Origin: a virus
DNA: 64,000 nt
Reading direction: 5' to 3' (one strand)
IMG/VR virus record: IMGVR_UViG_3300025133_000022
Location: 96,001-160,000 of that record
A program made the position numbers and the translations under genes. The notes below the pieces were generated by a model. That model was given only the letters and a program-made list of their open reading frames with translations, was not told the DNA's origin and did no database searches. Shown here one piece after another: positions 55,682-64,000 of this stretch. The stretch's first letter is position 1; the number at the start of each line of letters is the position of its first letter.

Positions 55682-56106
55682 ATAAAACTCACTACGTCAA
55701 AGACACCAGTACCACTGCTATTTCGCAGCGGCTTAGTAGGCTCACCTAACAGCACAAGGCGTCCCTCTTCCGGTCGAAGTCCATTATACATGATTGTACC
55801 TCGAACACCTTCTAAAAGAACAGCATTTCCATGAGTCTTTAAAATCTCAGCTTCACTAGCCATAAAGGGGACATAGAATTTCCTTTTAGATCTTAAAGCT
55901 TGGACCTTAGCCACCATAGTGCCAGGCTCTCTTTTGACAAGATGTGCAATTTCTGCAGGAACTCCATCCTTATCAAGTGCATCTGCATCATAAACCTGCA
56001 GTACCACTACCTCAATAACAGTACGCCCAAGTGCTTGAGGGCGCTTGGATAGCAATCTGTTTTGTCGAATTCGCTCCTGTAAGGCATTCCCTGGAATAAC
56101 TGACAT
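55678..56106 (-). CDS. putative baseplate protein (OB-fold-like)
   Basis: 142 aa; TAATG overlap with the hub gene. Confidence 0.55.
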   Translation of the reverse strand: MSVIPGNALQERIRQNRLLSKRPQALGRTVIEVVVLQVYDADALDKDGVPAEIAHLVKREPGTMVAKVQALRSKRKFYVPFMASEAEILKTHGNAVLLEGVRGTIMYNGLRPEEGRLVLLGEPTKPLRNSSGTGVFDVVSFI

Positions 56107-59100
56107 TAGCTCTCCCCTGTTAATTCAGCATAAAGCTGTTTGTTTTGATTCCAGACATCACTGTTTGCATCAAAAGTTCTTTTCAAATGTTCGTTTCTGC
56201 GCCAAGCGTGCTTGCCGTAGAGTCTCCAAATATCTGTAAGATCTCTAGTGCCGTCTAAAGTATCTTCAACCCAGCGACCAAGATCGCCCTTGAAGTTATT
56301 CCAAATCATACTAGGGTCAGTTAAATTCACACCACTAACAATTGGGTTCCCATTCTTCATAAGAGGGACAAGCATAATGGAGTCACCACGAAGAGCCTGC
56401 AAGAAGAGAATTGGACTGCCTAAAAGCCAAGTGAGTGATGGAGTAAGCCTGTTTCCAGCGAAAACAGCTCCACCGGCACCCAATATACCCATGACCCCCA
56501 TGGCTGTGCCACTTTGCATGCGCAAGAACTTAGGAACAGTTTTCCCAGCAGCTCCAAATACCCAAGGAATACCCTTGAGAGCAAGAGCACCTGTAGCAAC
56601 ACCGAGAGCGCCGCCAGTAAACTGGGTCAAGCCCCTTTTGACACTTCCAAGCTCATCCTCAATCTCCCGAATCTCTTCTAAATCACTTTTTCCAGTCTTC
56701 GGATTAGCAAATGGATCAAATGGTCGCAATTCAGCAGCTCTTTCTTCCAGATATTTGCGATATTCTGTAGCTGCATGTGGGGTTCCTAAATCTAAGGCTC
56801 CTTGCAAGCTACTTGAATCGTTTCCAGCACCAAATCCAAGAACCCAGTCCAAGAACCGAAAGCGTGCACCTGGATCTGTAGCACCAAGACCTTCATACTG
56901 ATCCTCAACATCTCTAACAGCCAGTGCAGCAACCTTGATGGCTTCTAGAACTGGCCACGAACTAGTTTCATTAGCTATTACCATTGCAGATGGTTTTATC
57001 TCACTGATAAAACCAGTCTCATGACTGAACTGATGTACAATCTGTTCGACTTCGAAAGGTCCTACCATGTCATTGTAACTATCAGACAAGATTCCAACAT
57101 CCCAAGGACGAATTCTTGGATTACCAAGAATTACAATCTCACCTCGATACATTTCTCGCATGGTGTGAAGCAAGGAACCAACACCATAACGCATAGCCAT
57201 TTGGTATCCTCGCACATTGTAGCTTGGCTGTAATGGAAGGACCCTTAAGTCATGCTCCGGTATGAAAGCATGTGCTTTAAACATGGCGCTAGACGCCGGC
57301 GAATCTCCAAACTTTGCGTTTTCTTCAAAGTAAGTGACATCAACAGCATTATGCACAGCATTTTCGCTACTCATTAAGCCATTCCAAACAATATCATGCT
57401 CACTAGTTACGCTATGGTAGCGTCTAAAAGGTTTGAAACGCAGGTTCAATGCTCTTAGATACTCCTTCATCGCTCTAGGTGTATATGTCAGCTGAGACAA
57501 GCTGCTTTTTATTTTGTCAACATCAACAGGATCTGTCTCGTAAACTGTTCCCGTTGTGATTTCAACGGGAACAGACTGCTGTGTGGCAGGATCATTTACA
57601 TAAACGGTATTTGTTACCATATCATTAGCGCTGTTGCGATCAACACTAGCAGCAACAATAGCCTCTTCATCTAGGTTCGCATCAAAATCTTCAAGAAGCA
57701 GACTTGTATAACCATCGTCAACAACATCACCATACAGTCTGCGATATTCATTCATGTCAACAGAGCTATTTCCAAGAACCTCATTTAAATCATTTGCTCT
57801 GCGAACAAACTCATTATCTCCTGGCTGACTCCAGTAGCGCTGACTTGGAACTCCAAAGAACATCGTATACCTAAACGCATGACCATAAGGTCTTGCAGCG
57901 TAAATCCAGCCTGGGTGCCGTAAGCTCATTTCATGAAAAACGTCCCAAATGGTTGTACTAATCAATCGAAAACTACAGGAAGCTGGCGCAACTCGCTTAT
58001 CCAGTGCAGGTTTGTTGCCAAACCAACGTGCAGCTTGGTAGCCAAGTTCGTCATCTGTGACAAATGCACTAACACCAGTTTTTACCACCCACATCTTCAT
58101 ATCTTCCCAGACTTTTGTCCAAGACTTATCATAAATTTCCATATAGTCTTTTGGGTGTGGGGGAAACAGATTGTCATCTTGAGGACTGAGAAATAGCGAA
58201 ACTTGCTTTTGTCGAAAATAAGCTTTAATCCTACCAACAGAGGCATCGTAAAGCTCACTAAATGCCCAATCAAGACCAGCAAGAGGCAGGGCTGAAATAG
58301 AAACGCCACCAACCAGCAAAGGCGCGCGATACCAAATACCACCCCAGACTCTAGAGATAGGTTTGATACCAACAGAACGCAACAATCCAACGCTTTGGCC
58401 AGCAATTTGTTGCATTGGGTGACTCATCCACTGACCTTTAAGTACTAAGTTCGCTATTTCAGCATCTGCTTTAGCAAGAGCACGAGCTGCATCGTCAATA
58501 GAACCTACTGCAGCTCTTCGAATCGCATTTGCCTGAATTCGCTGACTCTCTCTAACTAGCGCTCGACCGGCAGTGCCACCAGCATCACGCAAAGCCATTC
58601 CGCGTAAAGCCTGCTGGTTCTTAACAAGTCGACTAACAGCCCTAATGTCTGCTTGCACAACTTTGTTTGCAACAGTAGTAGCAACACCAATACGCTTGCC
58701 AACAATATTGGTAAGGGCACTGCGATAAAACGCAGTGCCAGGCCCATTGACCCCAAGCGTACCAAGCCACTTGGATACCCAGCTGAAATTTTTCACACCT
58801 CTGGTAGCAACAGCTCCAGTTCTTGCCAGACCTGCAGCAGGACGCAGAAGGCGACCAACACCTGGAATCCTACCAAGAACTGCAGCACCACCAATAGCAA
58901 GAGTCGCCGTGATGATCGGATTGTTTAACATCCAGTCAGTGACCCTGTTCGTCGCTTTGAATGCGCCTAAGAAACCTTTGCGACTGTAATCAACGAAATC
59001 CAATCGAGCATCCTGACCCTCACCAACTTGATACAGTTGGCCAAACTCCCATCGCCCAAAATGCTGAAGTTCTGGCTCCAACATCATGGCTCCTAGGAGC

Positions 59101-62100
59101 TGGTGAGTAGTCGCAAATGCACGACTGTCGTTAGCCGCACTGGTTCCCTTTATGGCTTGCTGCAATTCGGTACCAAAGCTTTGAACAAGAATTTCTGCTC
59201 TATCTCCACCCTGATTCCAAGTGACGTCTACGACACGGCCGTTAATCAAAACTTCTAGCAGATCAGGATCATTGCTATAGCCAACTCTTAGCTGTACATT
59301 TAGTCCTGGTCGAAGAACCAAAGCGCCAAAAGGTTGGTCAAGAGCACTTCCCTCATTGACAGAATCTCCACTAAGCTTACTAGCTTCCCCTGGAATATTA
59401 ATTTTGCTGGAATCTGAAAAATAGTCCAAATCTACAACAGCATCACGCTTGGTGCCATCCAGAGTGCCAGCTACGTTTAGTAAACTAACGACAGCATGAT
59501 CAGCAGGACTTTTTCTATTCTGCTCAACAGTAAAACTAGTTACGCCATTATAGCTGAAGAAATCATCAAAGTTGAGAAGCCGACTCTCAAACTCATCTTC
59601 TTCAACAAAGAAAAGCTTAAAGGTAGGATAAGCCCGAGACATTCTGCGCTTGCGACCGAAAATATCATTAGCACTATTCAAAGCCAGCTTGTTTAGCGAC
59701 TCTTTATTGAACCTATGAGAAGGGTCGGATTCTCGCTCAACAAGTGTACCCCTTAACCTGTCTGCTAAATTCTCAGGAATTTCTTTCTGGTCAAGATAGC
59801 CACTACGACTACCAAACATCTGATCTACAGATGCTACTGCATCCTGAAGCTCATTATATTGAGCCGCAGTAACACGACGCGGATACTGTACCCCGCCACC
59901 CTGACCAAAAGCACCTTCAAAATTACTTAAACGTACATCTTCTACATGGACACTGGACAGAGCTTTGGCTTCTTCTATTGAGATTGACAATTCTGGTTTG
60001 GTTGAATCCTTCTCAGTCCCCATGCGTGCTTCTTCAGCTTCACTCTGCAATGCATCAACAGCATTAGTGATATTGCCAATATGCTCTGAAATCGCTTCGG
60101 TACTTTCAGGATTGGGATAAAACGGAAACCCTGTTGCGCCTTTTTTTCCAGTGTCCGTAGCCTCAGCATTGTAATACTGAGGTAAACTAATGCGATCGTC
60201 CGTAGCTGGCTCCTGTACGTACCTGTCACCACTAGGCTCATAGGAACCACCGCTCTCAATCTTCTTCATGGAGTTGTAGCAATTGCTAACAATATCACCC
60301 ATAACATCTTGAATAGCAGTAATTACAGTTCTGTTGTGCGCATCTCCATCTTCATACATGTTCCACATATAAAAATCAGGAGGGCAAGCAGCAATATCTC
60401 CGTAATACGGATGATGCGGTAAGTCCATATCAGGTAATGCGGGAGAGCCCTGAATGCGCGCTCGCTTGTTCACACGACTGAGCCCCTGAAGGCCAAACGC
60501 CTTCAGGACGTCATAATCATTAAGCAAATCACAAGCGTAGCGTGCAAACAAGCTTTTGAAATATTCAATCTTTTTACTTTCTAAACTGGCTTCTGCGTGC
60601 CAAATAAATGGTCCTCCAGGAGGCCAAATGCCCTCCTGCTTATTAAAAAAGAACCAATCCCAAGACGCTCCATCTGGTAGTAAGATAGGAACAGCAATCT
60701 GCCCTTTGGGAATGTCAGATGGCTGAGCAATACCGATATCTTGGTTTTCCTTACTAGCCTCACGAATATTGTCGCTTGTAGTACCACGCTCAGTCATAAC
60801 GTACTTTGGCATATCGAAAAATCTATCAAACTGAAAATCACCACAACTTGCAGCTGTTTTCTTAAGCTGCTCAGTCGTACTTGCAAAGACTGGAGAGCCA
60901 CCCTCTCCAGCAACAGTACCAAGTATATCGCCAAAGATAGTGCTACTCACATAGGACTTGAAACGCTCTTCTACAAGATCTCTAACTGGCAATTGCCACA
61001 TATAATTGTTAGCAATATCAGTTAGAACGTCATCATGCATCTCAGCCCAAAAATCAGCGTAGATACCACGATCACTATCATTCCATTGGCCAAACTTAGT
61101 TTTTAACGCCTTGTCACCACCATTGACAACAGTTGCCCATATAAAACTTACAGGGCGCTCGACAATAGTGCCAAGAGCACCCCAGCCAACCAAACCACCA
61201 GCATAGCCTGCTCCAAAACCTGTCTGTAGTTTTTTCAAATCAACAGATGTCAAACCGTTCTGCGGATGCCACTGTAGCCAATTTTGATTTTCTACCAAGT
61301 GTTCTACAACAGCACCAGTCGCAAGCGACTCTTCTAGAGGTTTTGTTTGATTAGAAGAACTGGGTCCAGGATATGGATTAACAGCAGCAACAGTAGCTAA
61401 GTAGAGCTGATAGCCCTTGAAAAGATTTGGCTGCACAGGTAGCTCGTAGAGTTCGTCCTGCACAAAATCAATAGTATTCCCGCCTGCCTGCACTGTGCCA
61501 TAAGCAAGTTGGTCGTCAGACTCAGCAAGAATAGCACTAGCAGTCTGAATTGTCTTATGAATCATTGTCCAATAGTCAAGAATCTTCTCCATCGGAACTT
61601 TACCAAGAACTTGCGTATCTTGGCTTGCCTGAAGAAGAGCACTAATGTCAAATTCCTTAGGGGTAATGTTTTCATCCGGAACTGAAGAAGCTGTAGGGGC
61701 AGCTACAGGTCTGCCCTCCTTGGCCACTTGGGCGTAAGCTGCTCTCCAAGCATCGCCTTGATGCCCACCGGCACCACCGCTTTGCGGAACACCACCAAAC
61801 ACCTGGTCTAAGGGAACTGCGTTCAAATTAGAAAAGATAGAGGATTCTGGCAAAGATGTGCCAGCACCAACAATATTGCCAATACTGTCTGGGCCATTAG
61901 CCAAAGAACTGAAGTCATCGCCAAAAATAATCCAGTCATTATCACTCTTGTCTCTGTAAAGAGCCACATTATCATCTTCTACCAAGAGTGGCGATGTGAC
62001 GTACGACAATTCGAACTGACCAAATTCATCCGACTCTTGGCGATATGTGTTAGCACCAGCAAGCTGAGCAATGAGTACTTGCTGAAGTAACTCAGCTGCC

Positions 62101-64000
62101 TCATCTTTGAAAGCTAATTTGTAAACTGCATTTAAAACTTTAGAATATGCAACTTCTAAATCCTCTACTGCAGGAGCTGTACCATTAATAGCCTCACCAA
62201 CGTAAGGGTTAGTTTCAGACAGTTCAATAGTATGACAACTCATGCCAGGATGTCCTTGCACAGTCATACTGTTACTACGAGTAACCATAGCACGCCTAAG
62301 GACTTCGATATCTGCAATTACTGGCTCTTCACCAGCTTCCGTGACGTTGTTGTACGTAGCAATCTGAATGTCATCAGGAGAGAAAGTACCCAAGAGCCTA
62401 GTAACAAAACTATCCACAGCGACACACCAACTATCCGTAATGCCACGAAAGTTACGTGCATTCGCATGCAGCAACCCTCGCATCGCAAGCAGCACTTCAG
62501 TCTGCTTGCTGACACCTGCAAGTCTTTGTGTGCCACTACCCTCGAAATCCACAGAGCAAAATTCGAAACTGTAAAACGGCTCAATGCTACCCAAATGCTG
62601 TTGGGTAGGAAACTCATACCCAAGAATAGGAATATTTGCCACTATGTGACGAAGACCGCCAGCAACAGCAGTGAGAACAGTAGGGTCAGAATAAAAGCCT
62701 TTTTCAAGTTGTTCTTCGTTTCCAGGCCCAACTAAAAGCTTGTGGTGCTTCCACCACACATTAGTAATCTTGCTGTCACGATCATAATACAGCCAACCGT
62801 CTCTCCAAAGATTGTCTAAGATCTGACCAACAGACTGAAGCTCTTCGTTGCTGATATTGCCTTCTTTTGCTTCTTCTGCAATGTCTTCCTTGACAGTTGT
62901 TTGAGTAGGAGTTGTGAAAGAAGGGCTGGCAGTTAGTTCATAACTTCCAGCAACACTGGTCTCCAAAGGACCACTTAAGTCCACGGGGACCATGCGACTA
63001 GAACGTTTCCAATCCTCTTTTAAAGCTGGAGTACCAGTCCATGGCGGATCAATACCTACTCCAAGATCTTCACTTTCCCAATATTCAAAATGAAGATGAG
63101 TTTGGTAATGCCAAACACTACTTCTCTCTCCACTTGGATTGTCCCAGAAATTCTGATTAGAAGTTCTGGATATGTACTGATATCCATTAGAGCCAGAGGT
63201 CAGATATTCTTTTCTAGCTTCTACTATAGCATTGGCTTTAAATGCTTCATTCATAGGGCCACTACCACTCATCCAGCCAATGAGTGTTCCGGCAGGAATC
63301 TCCTCTGTGGCGTTAAGTGAATTCATTGCGGCTTCAGAAACACCACCAAGATGCATATACATACTCAGGTTGTTCCCATGAGACATTTGTATATAATTGC
63401 CCGCACTAGGAGCTTCGACATAATACCAAGCATTACGATACTTGATAGATTTAACAAACGAGCCAACGGGGAACGTTTCCCCAAATTCTCTAGTGACATT
63501 CGCTCCTCGAAAATTAACTTCTGGAACGATAGCCTTGATGCTGACTTCAAAATCTTCCTGATCGAAAGGCAACGAAGTAAGCTCTGTGTCATTCAAGTAC
63601 GCAAGTTTCCAACTCCCACCACTAGAAGAATCCGTCAATTGAATATGACTGACAGTACCTGCCTCAACAGCATAAATAGGCACTAAGACGTCTGGCTTAT
63701 TTCGATCACGATCACCTGCACCAATGTCAGTACCCCAGTGCATACTTCCACCAGTTGGGCGGCCTGCCAAACGAGATCGAGTAGCTGCAGAACGCCAATG
63801 GACAGTATCTGTAACGCGCACTTCATCAACAGGCATGGGTACATCTTCGTTAGAGTAGCCTACTGGTGACACACGAGGACTGCCATCTTTACCGAGAGCG
63901 CTACTGAAACGTCTACGTACTTTAACTCTGTCTACATGAAAAGTGTCAGTGGGATCAAAACGCAATTCCCAACCATCTACCTCAGTACCACCTGCGGACG
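56106..64000 (-). CDS. giant baseplate hub / tail-associated lysin with M23 peptidase domain (5' end outside window)
   Basis: More than 2619 aa; the frame stays open to the window edge. M23 motifs HWGTD, YMHL and HLHFE. Hub-like RAYPTF, PGLNVQLRVGY...NGRVVD...VQSFGTEL, and GNPRIRPWD...YNDM.GP.EVEQIVH.FS.ETGF. Confidence 0.8.
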   Translation of the reverse strand, partial: SAGGTEVDGWELRFDPTDTFHVDRVKVRRRFSSALGKDGSPRVSPVGYSNEDVPMPVDEVRVTDTVHWRSAATRSRLAGRPTGGSMHWGTDIGAGDRDRNKPDVLVPIYAVEAGTVSHIQLTDSSSGGSWKLAYLNDTELTSLPFDQEDFEVSIKAIVPEVNFRGANVTREFGETFPVGSFVKSIKYRNAWYYVEAPSAGNYIQMSHGNNLSMYMHLGGVSEAAMNSLNATEEIPAGTLIGWMSGSGPMNEAFKANAIVEARKEYLTSGSNGYQYISRTSNQNFWDNPSGERSSVWHYQTHLHFEYWESEDLGVGIDPPWTGTPALKEDWKRSSRMVPVDLSGPLETSVAGSYELTASPSFTTPTQTTVKEDIAEEAKEGNISNEELQSVGQILDNLWRDGWLYYDRDSKITNVWWKHHKLLVGPGNEEQLEKGFYSDPTVLTAVAGGLRHIVANIPILGYEFPTQQHLGSIEPFYSFEFCSVDFEGSGTQRLAGVSKQTEVLLAMRGLLHANARNFRGITDSWCVAVDSFVTRLLGTFSPDDIQIATYNNVTEAGEEPVIADIEVLRRAMVTRSNSMTVQGHPGMSCHTIELSETNPYVGEAINGTAPAVEDLEVAYSKVLNAVYKLAFKDEAAELLQQVLIAQLAGANTYRQESDEFGQFELSYVTSPLLVEDDNVALYRDKSDNDWIIFGDDFSSLANGPDSIGNIVGAGTSLPESSIFSNLNAVPLDQVFGGVPQSGGAGGHQGDAWRAAYAQVAKEGRPVAAPTASSVPDENITPKEFDISALLQASQDTQVLGKVPMEKILDYWTMIHKTIQTASAILAESDDQLAYGTVQAGGNTIDFVQDELYELPVQPNLFKGYQLYLATVAAVNPYPGPSSSNQTKPLEESLATGAVVEHLVENQNWLQWHPQNGLTSVDLKKLQTGFGAGYAGGLVGWGALGTIVERPVSFIWATVVNGGDKALKTKFGQWNDSDRGIYADFWAEMHDDVLTDIANNYMWQLPVRDLVEERFKSYVSSTIFGDILGTVAGEGGSPVFASTTEQLKKTAASCGDFQFDRFFDMPKYVMTERGTTSDNIREASKENQDIGIAQPSDIPKGQIAVPILLPDGASWDWFFFNKQEGIWPPGGPFIWHAEASLESKKIEYFKSLFARYACDLLNDYDVLKAFGLQGLSRVNKRARIQGSPALPDMDLPHHPYYGDIAACPPDFYMWNMYEDGDAHNRTVITAIQDVMGDIVSNCYNSMKKIESGGSYEPSGDRYVQEPATDDRISLPQYYNAEATDTGKKGATGFPFYPNPESTEAISEHIGNITNAVDALQSEAEEARMGTEKDSTKPELSISIEEAKALSSVHVEDVRLSNFEGAFGQGGGVQYPRRVTAAQYNELQDAVASVDQMFGSRSGYLDQKEIPENLADRLRGTLVERESDPSHRFNKESLNKLALNSANDIFGRKRRMSRAYPTFKLFFVEEDEFESRLLNFDDFFSYNGVTSFTVEQNRKSPADHAVVSLLNVAGTLDGTKRDAVVDLDYFSDSSKINIPGEASKLSGDSVNEGSALDQPFGALVLRPGLNVQLRVGYSNDPDLLEVLINGRVVDVTWNQGGDRAEILVQSFGTELQQAIKGTSAANDSRAFATTHQLLGAMMLEPELQHFGRWEFGQLYQVGEGQDARLDFVDYSRKGFLGAFKATNRVTDWMLNNPIITATLAIGGAAVLGRIPGVGRLLRPAAGLARTGAVATRGVKNFSWVSKWLGTLGVNGPGTAFYRSALTNIVGKRIGVATTVANKVVQADIRAVSRLVKNQQALRGMALRDAGGTAGRALVRESQRIQANAIRRAAVGSIDDAARALAKADAEIANLVLKGQWMSHPMQQIAGQSVGLLRSVGIKPISRVWGGIWYRAPLLVGGVSISALPLAGLDWAFSELYDASVGRIKAYFRQKQVSLFLSPQDDNLFPPHPKDYMEIYDKSWTKVWEDMKMWVVKTGVSAFVTDDELGYQAARWFGNKPALDKRVAPASCSFRLISTTIWDVFHEMSLRHPGWIYAARPYGHAFRYTMFFGVPSQRYWSQPGDNEFVRRANDLNEVLGNSSVDMNEYRRLYGDVVDDGYTSLLLEDFDANLDEEAIVAASVDRNSANDMVTNTVYVNDPATQQSVPVEITTGTVYETDPVDVDKIKSSLSQLTYTPRAMKEYLRALNLRFKPFRRYHSVTSEHDIVWNGLMSSENAVHNAVDVTYFEENAKFGDSPASSAMFKAHAFIPEHDLRVLPLQPSYNVRGYQMAMRYGVGSLLHTMREMYRGEIVILGNPRIRPWDVGILSDSYNDMVGPFEVEQIVHQFSHETGFISEIKPSAMVIANETSSWPVLEAIKVAALAVRDVEDQYEGLGATDPGARFRFLDWVLGFGAGNDSSSLQGALDLGTPHAATEYRKYLEERAAELRPFDPFANPKTGKSDLEEIREIEDELGSVKRGLTQFTGGALGVATGALALKGIPWVFGAAGKTVPKFLRMQSGTAMGVMGILGAGGAVFAGNRLTPSLTWLLGSPILFLQALRGDSIMLVPLMKNGNPIVSGVNLTDPSMIWNNFKGDLGRWVEDTLDGTRDLTDIWRLYGKHAWRRNEHLKRTFDANSDVWNQNKQLYAELTGES

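Noticed and set aside
35636-63686. Numerous 60-217 aa + strand ORFs opposite the structural genes (for example 56248-56901, 62232-62735)
   Set aside because: Shadow ORFs antisense to long genes, with no RBS or recognisable motifs.
1-64000. tRNA, rRNA, tmRNA, integrase or IS elements
   Set aside because: None recognised. Intergenic space outside the intron is very short. A tRNAscan or Infernal run is needed to exclude small RNAs formally.

Overview
This 64 kb window comes from a large tailed phage, probably a myovirus. A Gram-negative host is inferred from heptose genes, rIIA/rIIB and a spanin-like protein. It uses the standard genetic code, and I saw no tRNA, rRNA or CRISPR array. Two convergent blocks meet at a bidirectional terminator at about 31.44 kb. 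The + strand block (1-31.4 kb) covers replication and nucleotide metabolism: rIIA/rIIB, a DnaE-type polymerase, a metallophosphoesterase, a Cas4-like nuclease, an IMPDH/GMP-reductase-family enzyme, an HldE/RfaE-type sugar kinase, a primase-helicase, Gp88, ThyX, a 3'-5' exonuclease, two ClpP paralogues, a cupin, a Holliday junction resolvase and many small ORFs. The - strand block (31.4-64 kb) holds baseplate/tail genes (giant M23-peptidase hub protein, gp25-like, baseplate J, paralogous jelly-roll proteins). It ends in a glycan-modification cassette of two GT9 heptosyltransferases, a methyltransferase, a sulfotransferase and a HAD phosphatase. Four observations stand out. (1) dnaE is in three pieces: it is split without an intein between the GRGS and PDIDID palm motifs by three opposite-strand genes, and its second half carries a group I intron (7481-8545) with a LAGLIDADG endonuclease. 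(2) That endonuclease has its own promoter straddling the 5' splice site and an RBS-sequestering hairpin. (3) A candidate heptosylation/sulfation/methylation system is co-transcribed with the tail genes. (4) A stand-alone ValRS C-terminal tRNA-binding arm is present. All family assignments come from motif recognition by eye; no database searches were run.
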